DNA from: Deltaproteobacteria bacterium
GTDB lineage: Bacteria > Desulfobacterota > Desulfomonilia > Desulfomonilales > Desulfomonilaceae
Length of the DNA: 64,000 nucleotides
Assembly: GCA_026388665.1 (NCBI GenBank)
Contig: JAPLJJ010000052.1
Span: 1,780 to 65,779 of the forward strand
Reading direction: 5' to 3'
Each line of letters starts with the position of its first letter. Within the stretch, counting starts at the first letter, position 1. Below the pieces are notes generated by a model. The model was not told the DNA's origin, did not search any database, and saw nothing but the letters and a program-made list of their open reading frames with translations. A program made the position numbers and the translations under genes. Shown in pieces: positions 56,258 to 64,000 of the stretch.

Positions 56258-58554
56258 CTGGTCGCTCCCCTTTCTCCAGCCAGCTTTATAAGCTCAAACA
56301 GCGCGGCCTTGGTTTCTGCTGTCGTTTCGCCCAGCAAACCGGCAATTTCCTGAGCTACGCGCATCTGCTCGTGAATAACCTGCTGAGCCTTGTTAATGGT
56401 TTCAGTCCTAAAAACATCCGCTTGTTGGTCCTTGATCACAGTCTCAGTTATGTCGAGCAGCATTAGGACCCTTAGATCCTCTTCCGGGAGACTGAAGTTG
56501 TAGAGCTTGGCGGTTCTACCTACCTTTTCCAGCTTCAGCCACTGGGACCCCCCGGATTCCTCAGCTTTATCTAAAGGATCGATACCGAAAAGGTCCTTAA
56601 AACTTTTACCGTGAACTTCTTCCTGTGATTCTTTGGATGCGAGTTCAAGGAAAGCTCGATTATTATAAACTACTCTGTGCGCGTCATCTGCCAGAGCTAT
56701 GGCTACCGGTAATTGCTGGAAAATTGTTTCTGCCCTCTGATCCGCGTGTTCGCGTCTCGTTTTCGCCAACATTAGCCTGGCTTGCAATGCGGTGTAGACC
56801 ATCAGGAGTATTTGATGCGGGCCAAATGGTTTAGGGATGTAGTCGTACGCGCCAAGTTTTACCGTCTCTACAGCTTCCTCGGTTGCTTTGAATGAGGCCG
56901 TGAGCATAACCAGGATTTCAGGTTGTCGTATTTTAATTTCTTTGAGAAGTTCTTTGCCCCCCATCTCCGGCATCTCTATGTCTGTGACGATAACGTCGTA
57001 AATTTCCTTTTCCAGCTCGGAAAGAGCTTCGGTAACCGATTGTGTTGTCTTCACCTCGAATCCGTCATTCTCAAGTATGCGTTGACAAATCTCCAAAACC
57101 TTATCATCGGTATCCACCAACAAAATCCTGGAATTAGCTAGACTTCCTTCTTCCCCGGCTGGAAGCTCTATTAACGGGTCGGAAATATGGGCCATTATGT
57201 GGGCCATTCCGTCAGCCATTTTTTCTAACGAAGCGAGCTTTTTAACTCGCTCCACCTGTTCTCGAGCCTGGTCAAGTTGTCCTGTCTGTTCAGCGACTTT
57301 TGAAGCAAGCTGGGTCCCCCATTCCTCTAATTTCTTTCTCGACTCAGCGAGATTCCTTATCATCAAATTAAACGTTGCGGCTAGTTCACCGACCTCATCC
57401 CTGGAGACTACAGGAACTTCAAGCGTCAAATCCCCTTCAGCAGCTCTCTTTGCCGCATTAAGCATTTGCTCAAGAGGGCGATTGATCCAATTAACAAGGA
57501 AATAGGATATCCCGCCCATTAAGATTACTCCGCAAAGAGCAATTATCAAGAAAGCGCCGACAAGACGATCAATAACGGAGAGAATCGGCTTTTCGAGAAT
57601 GCCTACCTGAATAGCGCCGACAACTTTGCCATCGTAATCCCGAATTGGTTCAGTAGCTGTCAAGTAGTCGTCCTCGAACTCCCTTACAGGCCTGACGACT
57701 ATTTCTCCGGCTGTCGTAACTTGATCCCTGAGACTTTGGTTAATTCGAAAACCGACAGCAGGAAGTTTGTCCCGCCCCCGCAGTGAGGAGCTTACAGCCA
57801 AGTCTCCTTGAAAAATCGCTACAAACCCGAGTTCCTTTCCTTCATACGCCTGGTCCTTGAACAAACGTTGGGAAATACGCTCCACAATCAAATGGTTATT
57901 ATTTATTAGAATTCCACCATAAATTACCGCTATCACCTTAGAATCCAACATGATAGGATAAGCGGCCTCTAATATCAGGCCCTCTTTGGGAAGGCTTGAT
58001 CCAAAACGCTGAACCAGCGTTGGGTTGTCGTCCACGAGTCTGTCAACCCTTGTGATCGTAAACCCGGAGGCGCCCTTTCCTAACAAGGCGGCTTTCACCA
58101 AAGAATTTTGTCCCAAATCACCGCCCTTAGATTCCAATTGAAAAGCTCGCGCAACCAGCTTGCCTTCAGGGTCCAAAACAGACAGGAAGTCGAGGTCGTT
58201 TTCCAGATGCATCATGGCCAAGCGGTTTCGAATCGAGGGAAAATCGCCGCGAGTCAGCGATTCTTTTATCCTGTCTGAGCCCCCAATCATCCTGATTTTA
58301 AGTTCGAGATTTTCTTGATAGCTCTTAACAATGAAAGCGGCTGTAGCCAGGTCACTGGAAACCTTTTTCTGGGCTTCTTCAATGATTGTATGCCTGGCAA
58401 GGCGCATACCCAGGATGAGGGTAAGCAAGCCCACAAACACCGCCACACCGAGAAAGCCTCCCAAAACTTTCTGTTTTAAAGAAAAATCCTGAGCCCAACT
58501 TGTAAAATGGTCCCAGTTTTTCCAAGGCACGCGTATGGTCTTTTTTGGGTCCAT
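56254..58554 (-). CDS. TM - double Cache-like sensor - TM - HAMP - degenerate DHp-like helix - REC - PAS protein (no HATPase domain)
   Basis: Two TM segments flank a ~290-aa extracytoplasmic domain. HAMP is INRPLEQML...VGELAATFNLMIRNL. The H-box-like segment is LASLEKMADGMAHIMAHISDPL. REC is ILLVDTDD...VIVTDIEMPEMGG...KPF. The PAS domain ends in LLDITE. A ~70-aa helical tail follows, with no N/G1/G2 ATP-binding boxes. Confidence 0.8.
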   Translation of the reverse strand: MDPKKTIRVPWKNWDHFTSWAQDFSLKQKVLGGFLGVAVFVGLLTLILGMRLARHTIIEEAQKKVSSDLATAAFIVKSYQENLELKIRMIGGSDRIKESLTRGDFPSIRNRLAMMHLENDLDFLSVLDPEGKLVARAFQLESKGGDLGQNSLVKAALLGKGASGFTITRVDRLVDDNPTLVQRFGSSLPKEGLILEAAYPIMLDSKVIAVIYGGILINNNHLIVERISQRLFKDQAYEGKELGFVAIFQGDLAVSSSLRGRDKLPAVGFRINQSLRDQVTTAGEIVVRPVREFEDDYLTATEPIRDYDGKVVGAIQVGILEKPILSVIDRLVGAFLIIALCGVILMGGISYFLVNWINRPLEQMLNAAKRAAEGDLTLEVPVVSRDEVGELAATFNLMIRNLAESRKKLEEWGTQLASKVAEQTGQLDQAREQVERVKKLASLEKMADGMAHIMAHISDPLIELPAGEEGSLANSRILLVDTDDKVLEICQRILENDGFEVKTTQSVTEALSELEKEIYDVIVTDIEMPEMGGKELLKEIKIRQPEILVMLTASFKATEEAVETVKLGAYDYIPKPFGPHQILLMVYTALQARLMLAKTRREHADQRAETIFQQLPVAIALADDAHRVVYNNRAFLELASKESQEEVHGKSFKDLFGIDPLDKAEESGGSQWLKLEKVGRTAKLYNFSLPEEDLRVLMLLDITETVIKDQQADVFRTETINKAQQVIHEQMRVAQEIAGLLGETTAETKAALFELIKLAGERGATR

Positions 58555-58568
58555 GTCCCGGCACCTTC

Positions 58569-58814
58569 TTAAATTTTTTCGAGTATCTCCGTTTGAAAGA
58601 TTGCCCTGACATCATCAACTGAAGTGGCGTGGAACAATGTTTCATCTATCAAAAGGTTGGCCCCGTCCGTGCATTGATCCATGCAAAAGGTACCTTTCAG
58701 TTCAACCTTATTTTCCAGTCCGGCATCTTTAATCGCATCTTTAAAATAATTGATAATCTCGTGAGATCCCTTGAGGTGGCAGGCGCTTCCCACGCAAACA
58801 GTGATCACATGCAT
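58569..58814 (-). CDS. thioredoxin-like [2Fe-2S] ferredoxin (NuoE/HydC-type small protein)
   Basis: CVGSAC (Cx4C) and CMDQC (Cx3C) about 30 residues apart, in an 81-aa protein. AAAGGAG Shine-Dalgarno. Confidence 0.75.
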   Translation of the reverse strand: MHVITVCVGSACHLKGSHEIINYFKDAIKDAGLENKVELKGTFCMDQCTDGANLLIDETLFHATSVDDVRAIFQTEILEKI

Positions 58815-58880
58815 AAGGGTTAACTCCTTTCGTGATCTACATAAAGTAGTAAAATTCCCAGAAAAAGTCTCATCTGAAAA

Positions 58881-59771
58881 TCACAAAGCTCGTAAGAACT
58901 CAGGCCGAAGCAATCGAGAATCTCGAGAACTCAGAACAGCGTCTATTGCTGAAAGGATCTTTTCTTTTTCTCCTGGAAGTGTTGCCCTGATCGGAAGATA
59001 ATTCGAAGCATGGTTCGATCTGAACACACAATTCGTAAAAGAAGACTCGGCGACCATTATTCGTAGTTCCTCAATCAGCCCAAAAGGATCAGGCAGCCTG
59101 AATTCACCTCTGGAAAATTCCTCGTGTAGAGGAGTTCCCGGCACTATGATCACGCTAAGGGCCCCGACATAGTCGGGATCCATATCTGTCAATATTTTTG
59201 CGGTTCCTTTTGCGTGTTCCTTACTACCGTCAATTCCTCCAATTCCCAAGAGCACGGTAACGGACAATGTAATCCCGGCTTCCTTGACCCTGTGGGCAGC
59301 CTCCACAAGCTGATTGTAATCCGCTCCCTTGCAAATCTTTTTCAAGAGCCTTTCATCGCCTGTTTCGACTCCCAAATATATGATACCAAGCTTTAGTTGA
59401 TTTAGCCGTTTTAGATCATCAACAGACTTGCGCAGAATATCTTTAGCGCTAGCGTAAATCCCTATTCTTTCAGCTTCAGGATGATAACGATTTACCAGAT
59501 CGAATATTTCTATTAAACGTTTTTGTGGGATACATAGGGCATCGCCGTCTGCCAGGAATATTCGACGCACATCTCCCATGTATGTTGATTCAGCTAAATC
59601 TTCACTGATGTCCTTGATGCTTCTCACGGAAAAAGGCTTGTCAAGGTAACTACCGCAAAATGAGCATTTGTTATGACTGCAACCTAATGTCACCTGTATT
59701 ATTAGGCTTTCCGCTTCACTGGGCGGCCTGTATACGCTTCCGATATATCTCAACAAAAAATTCCTCCGCAA
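58881..59771 (-). CDS. radical SAM protein, function unknown
   Basis: VTLGCSHNKCSFCGSY is the CxxxCxxC motif, preceded by YRPPSEAESL. There is a GGE-like IFLADGDAL and an Elp3-like TIM-barrel length (296 aa). Confidence 0.8.
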   Translation of the reverse strand: MRRNFLLRYIGSVYRPPSEAESLIIQVTLGCSHNKCSFCGSYLDKPFSVRSIKDISEDLAESTYMGDVRRIFLADGDALCIPQKRLIEIFDLVNRYHPEAERIGIYASAKDILRKSVDDLKRLNQLKLGIIYLGVETGDERLLKKICKGADYNQLVEAAHRVKEAGITLSVTVLLGIGGIDGSKEHAKGTAKILTDMDPDYVGALSVIIVPGTPLHEEFSRGEFRLPDPFGLIEELRIMVAESSFTNCVFRSNHASNYLPIRATLPGEKEKILSAIDAVLSSRDSRLLRPEFLRAL

Positions 59772-59779
59772 CTTTCGAC

Positions 59780-60385
59780 TTAGCGATAATCGATGCCTTC
59801 TTTGACAAATTTGTCAAAGTCCTTTATAGCATCTTCATTGTTTGTTCCGTCTAATTTAAGTAAGATATAGTACACATTTTGGGAGCCGGGAACCAGGTAG
59901 AGTATTTTCCTTTCTGGAACTACGGGGCCCACTAAAACAGGCGTCATCTTACCAGAAACCGGGTCTTCCAAGGTCGATTCAGTCCAGCCAGGTGGTATAT
60001 CCTGGTCGCTTTTCCCGGCTTTTTCGTTCAAACGTTTTCGTTTCCGTATATATTTCGTGCTGAAAACTACCTTGTAGGCGTTCTTGCCTCCTATGGTAAC
60101 ATATTCCTCGCGATCTCCAGGTCTTATTGTCACACCGCCAGGGAAAAGAGCCGGATAATGAATAGCCAGGTTTTCCATCGGTTTCGAAACCGGAGCTTTC
60201 CGTAGTTCAATGGAGACATCGTCACCTGCATCTGTAAATCTGGCCAGGCTACTCTCTTCATAAATTAACGGGATGGGCTTATATTTAATTTCGGACATGC
60301 CAGCGGGGCCGAAACAGCTCTGCACTAGGACCGTAACGATCCCCGCGGAAAGAACCGTAAAAAGAATCCTCATGATGATTGACAT
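59780..60385 (-). CDS. hypothetical lipoprotein
   Basis: MRILFTVLSAGIVTVLVQSC is a signal with a lipobox-like VQSC. It ends 8 nt before the radical SAM gene. Confidence 0.5.
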   Translation of the reverse strand: MSIIMRILFTVLSAGIVTVLVQSCFGPAGMSEIKYKPIPLIYEESSLARFTDAGDDVSIELRKAPVSKPMENLAIHYPALFPGGVTIRPGDREEYVTIGGKNAYKVVFSTKYIRKRKRLNEKAGKSDQDIPPGWTESTLEDPVSGKMTPVLVGPVVPERKILYLVPGSQNVYYILLKLDGTNNEDAIKDFDKFVKEGIDYR

Positions 60386-60453
60386 TTGTTGTTACGGGCT
60401 GACATCCATTCACTCGATATCCGATTACTTTTAGGATGTCGCCGCAATTCGTT

Positions 60454-61002
60454 CTACTCTGTTATTATATCCGCTACCATTAAGAAAAGATCGGATTCTC
60501 TCAGAACTCCTATCAATTCTTCTTTGTCGTACACCGGCAACACAGTGATCTTGTTCGCATACATAAGTTTGAGAGCTTTCAGAAGGTCATCTTCAGCCTG
60601 TATGACCCCTTTCACTTGTAGCATCACATGGCCCACCTTTGTGTCAGCGTTTTTTATAACTCTTGCGCGGAAACTGAGGCGAGATTCGTCAAGTTCCGCG
60701 CTGTCCGCCTGAGCAAAAGCTACGGATACCCCTAGAGCCTCAAGTCGTGCCGTTAGCCCGCCTGCGATTTCAGGAATCAAAGTCCTTAGAATAGTTCTAA
60801 AATCCAGGATTCCAACGAGCCGCCCCTTGGAGTCCAGCACCAATATGTTACGGTGCCCGGCTTCAGTGCATTTCCCGATTTCTACCTGGCAATACAATTT
60901 TCTCAAGGCCAAAATTGCTTCAGAAAGAGGGCTGTCCTCACTCACTAAAGCGTAGTCGTTTATGGGTACAATTAGGTCGGCAACTTTTCTTGTTAATGGC
61001 AT
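60454..61002 (-). CDS. CBS-domain pair protein
   Basis: Two CBS-like units (HRNILVLDSKGRLVGILDFRTIL; ITVLPVYDKEELIGVLRESDLF). Confidence 0.75.
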   Translation of the reverse strand: MPLTRKVADLIVPINDYALVSEDSPLSEAILALRKLYCQVEIGKCTEAGHRNILVLDSKGRLVGILDFRTILRTLIPEIAGGLTARLEALGVSVAFAQADSAELDESRLSFRARVIKNADTKVGHVMLQVKGVIQAEDDLLKALKLMYANKITVLPVYDKEELIGVLRESDLFLMVADIITE

Positions 61003-61077
61003 CGCAATTCCCTCATTTAAGTCAAGAATGTGGCAAAAAATAATCGAATTGGATGATTATTGTGATTTGGCTCTCGT

Positions 61078-61506
61078 TCAGTGTCCTCCCGATCCCAACA
61101 TACCACTGGCTGCCAAGCTAAGAATTACGGCTTCCAGTAACGAAAAGAGAGCATACAATTTATCATTGTTTTTCCAGAGAACCGGGATAACCACAAGGAA
61201 ACAAAAGATCGTAACACCTCCAAGGAGTGCTATCCCTATAAAATTTAGGAAGTCCCCGTATCCCAACATTCCAACCCACCACCAACCCTGGTGAATTCTA
61301 GTGGTGTGCAAGTATTCCCCAACACTTAGCGACCAATATTGGGATATCTCTGAAACAGGTATGTATGGTTTTATAATCCCGAGGACATAAAGAACGAACG
61401 TGAGTAAAAGCAAAGCCAAGCCGAGTAACATCCCTTTTTCCAATACTGCCGCATACACAATCTGTTCATGAGAAGCCTGTAATGATTTATGAGGATCGCC
61501 TGTCAT
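61078..61506 (-). CDS. small polytopic membrane protein, DUF1634-like
   Basis: Three to four TM helices and ~140 aa, directly downstream of a TauE/SafE gene. That is the usual DUF1634 context. The call rests on context and topology only. Confidence 0.45.
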   Translation of the reverse strand: MTGDPHKSLQASHEQIVYAAVLEKGMLLGLALLLLTFVLYVLGIIKPYIPVSEISQYWSLSVGEYLHTTRIHQGWWWVGMLGYGDFLNFIGIALLGGVTIFCFLVVIPVLWKNNDKLYALFSLLEAVILSLAASGMLGSGGH

Positions 61507-61564
61507 TTAGATCACTCCTCTATTTCGTTTTTATCTTGAACAATTGAATTCTACACATTCATGC

Positions 61565-62461
61565 CTAAATCAATACCAGACCTGGCTTCGCCACTTTCAA
61601 TAGACGCACGCCCACAAAGGAGCCGGCCATGATCCCAATCAAAGATGGGACAACGATCATTGGAATTACACAGCCCTGGTTAAGGTATATCCAGGCGGCT
61701 GAAGTATCTGTAATGGATAACAGGAACTTGCTGGTTGCGACGCTTATTTTAAGGGGCGCGCCCATAAGCAAATTTAGGACAGGCACGTTAGCCCAACCCG
61801 CCCCCAATCCAAACATTCCTGCCATGATTCCGATAGCCACGAACAACAAGAGTCCCTGCCATGTGCGATGAATTTTCCAATCTATTATTTCGCCCGTGCT
61901 GGCTTCCTGATAAACTCCGTAAATTCTTAGGACAGATGATATCGTATCCGCCTTTGGAACATCCGGGACTGTCGACTTCTTGGCTATTAGCATCAACACG
62001 CAAATACCCAGAATTGTCACCCCTAGGGCAATTTGAACCACCTGGGTAGGAAGGGCTAAGCCTACCATCGCTCCAAGAATAGCGAAAGAACTGGCAATCA
62101 GGGCCACCGGCATAGCGAGCCTTAAACTGGCCAGATTCATCTTTAACAGACCGGGTCCAGCGGCTAATGCGCCTGACAAGGCCACGAGCAAGCCGGCCCC
62201 ACGTACAAAATCCAAATGGAATGGGAAAAAACCACTGATAATAGGAACAAACAAAACACCACCACCTACTCCCCCGAGTACAGCCGCAACCCCCATGACG
62301 AAAGTGACCACCAAGAGAAGTAGCGGCCACATCCACCACGGAGCGGATGACGTGGCGTCCGCTGCCATCACGCCTTCGCCGGCCAAACCATTTCCGGCTA
62401 AGAGAGTAACCGACAATAGGAGCGCTAAACATAAAACGCCCATTTTACCGGTCCTTGTCAT
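61565..62461 (-). CDS. TauE/SafE family anion (sulfite/organosulfonate) exporter
   Basis: Multi-TM protein with a duplicated Gly-rich motif, LGGVGGGVLFVPII and GMFGLGAGWANVPVLNLL, typical of TauE/SafE. Confidence 0.8.
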   Translation of the reverse strand: MTRTGKMGVLCLALLLSVTLLAGNGLAGEGVMAADATSSAPWWMWPLLLLVVTFVMGVAAVLGGVGGGVLFVPIISGFFPFHLDFVRGAGLLVALSGALAAGPGLLKMNLASLRLAMPVALIASSFAILGAMVGLALPTQVVQIALGVTILGICVLMLIAKKSTVPDVPKADTISSVLRIYGVYQEASTGEIIDWKIHRTWQGLLLFVAIGIMAGMFGLGAGWANVPVLNLLMGAPLKISVATSKFLLSITDTSAAWIYLNQGCVIPMIVVPSLIGIMAGSFVGVRLLKVAKPGLVLI

Positions 62462-62604
62462 ATTTCACCTCATGATTAACCATAATTTTATTGCCTGGTC
62501 TTCCCTCAATAAGACCAACCCCAACCATTATTAAAGACATAATGATTTAAAACTTTTTCAAGAAAGGGGTGGAATCAAATCGGCATTCTAGCCTTATCCA
62601 ACCA

Positions 62605-63030
62605 TTACCATCCCTTATGTTCAATTATTTTATTTATTTCAGCCTGTCGGATCCGTTCCTCATGATCTGATTTTCTCTGGTAGGCGTTCTTGATCTTTTG
62701 AGAAAGATCCTCGGTCCCCGTCGGTTTAAGCAGGAAGTCGTACGCCCCCAGCTTCATTCCTTCTATCGCTGTTTCTACTGTGCCATGGCCTGTCAACATG
62801 ATAACCTCCGTGATGGGCCATGAGTTCTTGATCTCTTTGAGAATCTCCACACCACTTTTCCCCGGCATCAAGACATCCAATAAAACTACGTCAGCACTTT
62901 CTTCTTTGAGTCTCAAAATAGCTTCAGCCCCATCAAAAGCCATTCTGGTTTTGAACCCTCGCGCTTCAAGACGCTCAGAAAGCAGTTCGGTAAAATCTTT
63001 TTCGTCATCCACTATAAGGACTTTAATCAT
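62605..63030 (-). CDS. single-domain response regulator
   Basis: VLIVDDE, VVLLDVLMPGKSG, MLTGHG, and KP in LLKPT. Confidence 0.85.
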   Translation of the reverse strand: MIKVLIVDDEKDFTELLSERLEARGFKTRMAFDGAEAILRLKEESADVVLLDVLMPGKSGVEILKEIKNSWPITEVIMLTGHGTVETAIEGMKLGAYDFLLKPTGTEDLSQKIKNAYQRKSDHEERIRQAEINKIIEHKGW

Positions 63031-63044
63031 GGAATTAACTCCTC

Positions 63045-63503
63045 TTACTTCTTTTTTGTGTTTCCAGTCATGATTTCTCTGGCAGATTCAAAATCCCCTT
63101 CTTCAGCGAACGAGGCCGCGACCATCGCTTGTTCTATTTTCTTCTTATAAGCGGCCTTCAAGGTTCGCATGAGCTGATCCAACGGAACTGGTTTTCTCAA
63201 ATAGTCAAACACACCTAAACGCCGTGCTTCAGCCTCATCAGCCTCGGAACCATGGCCCGTGAGCATGACAACTTGAACACCCGGATAAGCTTCTCTCGCT
63301 CTTCTTAGAACTTCCATCCCGTCCATACCGGGCATCTTTAAGTCAACCAAGAGAACATCGGGAGGATCTTCCTCCAGTTTTTTCATAGCTTCCTCGCCAC
63401 TGAGAGCGACAGATGTGTCCACATTGCGCATCTGCATTCGCTCGTCCAGTGTACGAACGAAATCCTCCTCGTCATCTACCATCAATACTTTGAATTCCTT
63501 CAT
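63045..63503 (-). CDS. single-domain response regulator
   Basis: VLMVDDEED, VLLVDLKMPGMDG, MLTGHGS, LRKPV. It has a short C-terminal tail. Confidence 0.85.
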   Translation of the reverse strand: MKEFKVLMVDDEEDFVRTLDERMQMRNVDTSVALSGEEAMKKLEEDPPDVLLVDLKMPGMDGMEVLRRAREAYPGVQVVMLTGHGSEADEAEARRLGVFDYLRKPVPLDQLMRTLKAAYKKKIEQAMVAASFAEEGDFESAREIMTGNTKKK

Positions 63504-63618
63504 TATGTTCCTCCAGCCACCAAAAAAGTCATTGTCACGCGCTCCTACGGCATCAGCCAGTTATAATCGTATTCTTCGCTTTAAACTTATGAATGACTAT
63601 CCTATCCGCATAACATCA

Positions 63619-64000
63619 TTAGACAAAGTGTATTACAAATGAGTCTCTCTCTGGTGATGGTTCTATTGCGGCGTTCTCGGAACCAAATTCCATCTCTAGA
63701 GAATTCCACTCAGGGTCGGCTAGAATTCCATCGATGCAAAAGTTTTCCAGACTTGCGGTCTTGATAATAAGACCTAATGAGGGTAATCCATGTGAGTTTT
63801 TCATGGCCTTTAATTGAATTTCCGACCCTTTTCCCACTAATGGAGTTAAAAACTCCAGAAGTCGGTAAATTGTCATCCGGGTTTTCATGGGGTCCGCTTC
63901 CAAAACCACTGAAGTCGAACCTTTTCCCACTGTAAAATTGACCCCGCTTAATCGGCTCAACTTATGAGACAAGATCAGCATTTCATCTAAAACGGAGCTT
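63619..64000 (-). CDS. C-terminal part of a histidine-kinase-like protein (N-terminus beyond the right edge), apparently degenerate catalytic domain
   Basis: The frame stays open to base 64000 (..SSVLDEMLILSHKLSRLSG, like the end of a DHp helix: LDDLLxLSRxxxG). The following ~105 aa occupy the place of the HATPase domain, but I cannot find the N-box Asn or DxGxG. Confidence 0.45.
   Translation of the reverse strand, partial: SSVLDEMLILSHKLSRLSGVNFTVGKGSTSVVLEADPMKTRMTIYRLLEFLTPLVGKGSEIQLKAMKNSHGLPSLGLIIKTASLENFCIDGILADPEWNSLEMEFGSENAAIEPSPERDSFVIHFV

Noticed and set aside
58820-58873. 17-codon micro-ORF (MRLFLGILLLYVDHERS) between the radical SAM gene and the ferredoxin gene, considered as a possible RiPP precursor.
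   Set aside because: It has no Shine-Dalgarno, it overlaps the ferredoxin gene's SD, and it is short and hydrophobic with no Cys/Ser/Thr-rich core. It is most likely a chance ORF.

Overview
This looks like a core chromosomal segment of a sulfate/sulfite-reducing, Desulfobacterota-like bacterium. That assignment is inferred from a reductive-type dsrA-dsrB-dsrD operon, a DsrMK-like membrane redox pair, a four-subunit 2-oxoacid:ferredoxin oxidoreductase and a TauE/SafE exporter. I can support about 55 protein-coding genes and saw no rRNA, tRNA, CRISPR array, transposase or integrase. Recognisable housekeeping genes are ssb, ilvC, uvrC, glgC, dinG, rng, moaA, hldE, asd, aconitase, thiolase and an Mla/Mce-like ABC lipid-transport cluster. 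Four places deserve a second look. (1) A small, strongly repetitive, signal-peptide-bearing Ser/Tyr/Trp/Cys protein (45844-46236) has eight (P)ASSSSSG units, perfect internal DNA repeats and two CVPAS motifs. It is divergently paired with a membrane-anchored FGE/SUMF1-domain-TPR-PDZ protein. This is my best candidate for an undescribed enzyme-substrate system. (2) A long co-directional minus-strand signalling cluster (55100-64000) contains a Cache-HAMP-REC-PAS protein with no kinase catalytic domain. That gene is translationally coupled to a PP2C phosphatase and preceded by a thioredoxin-like [2Fe-2S] ferredoxin and a radical SAM enzyme. (3) An operon divergent from dsrABD encodes an unrecognisable 399-aa protein followed by two tandem CbiA/DsrN-like amidotransferases, and the dsrA leader is 470 bp long and structured. 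(4) There are several unusual fusions or orphans: HTH-Zn-ribbon-CysE, ThiD-ThiN, STAS-MlaE and a lone AAA15/21-type ATPase. All functional calls come from reading motifs by eye; no database search was possible.
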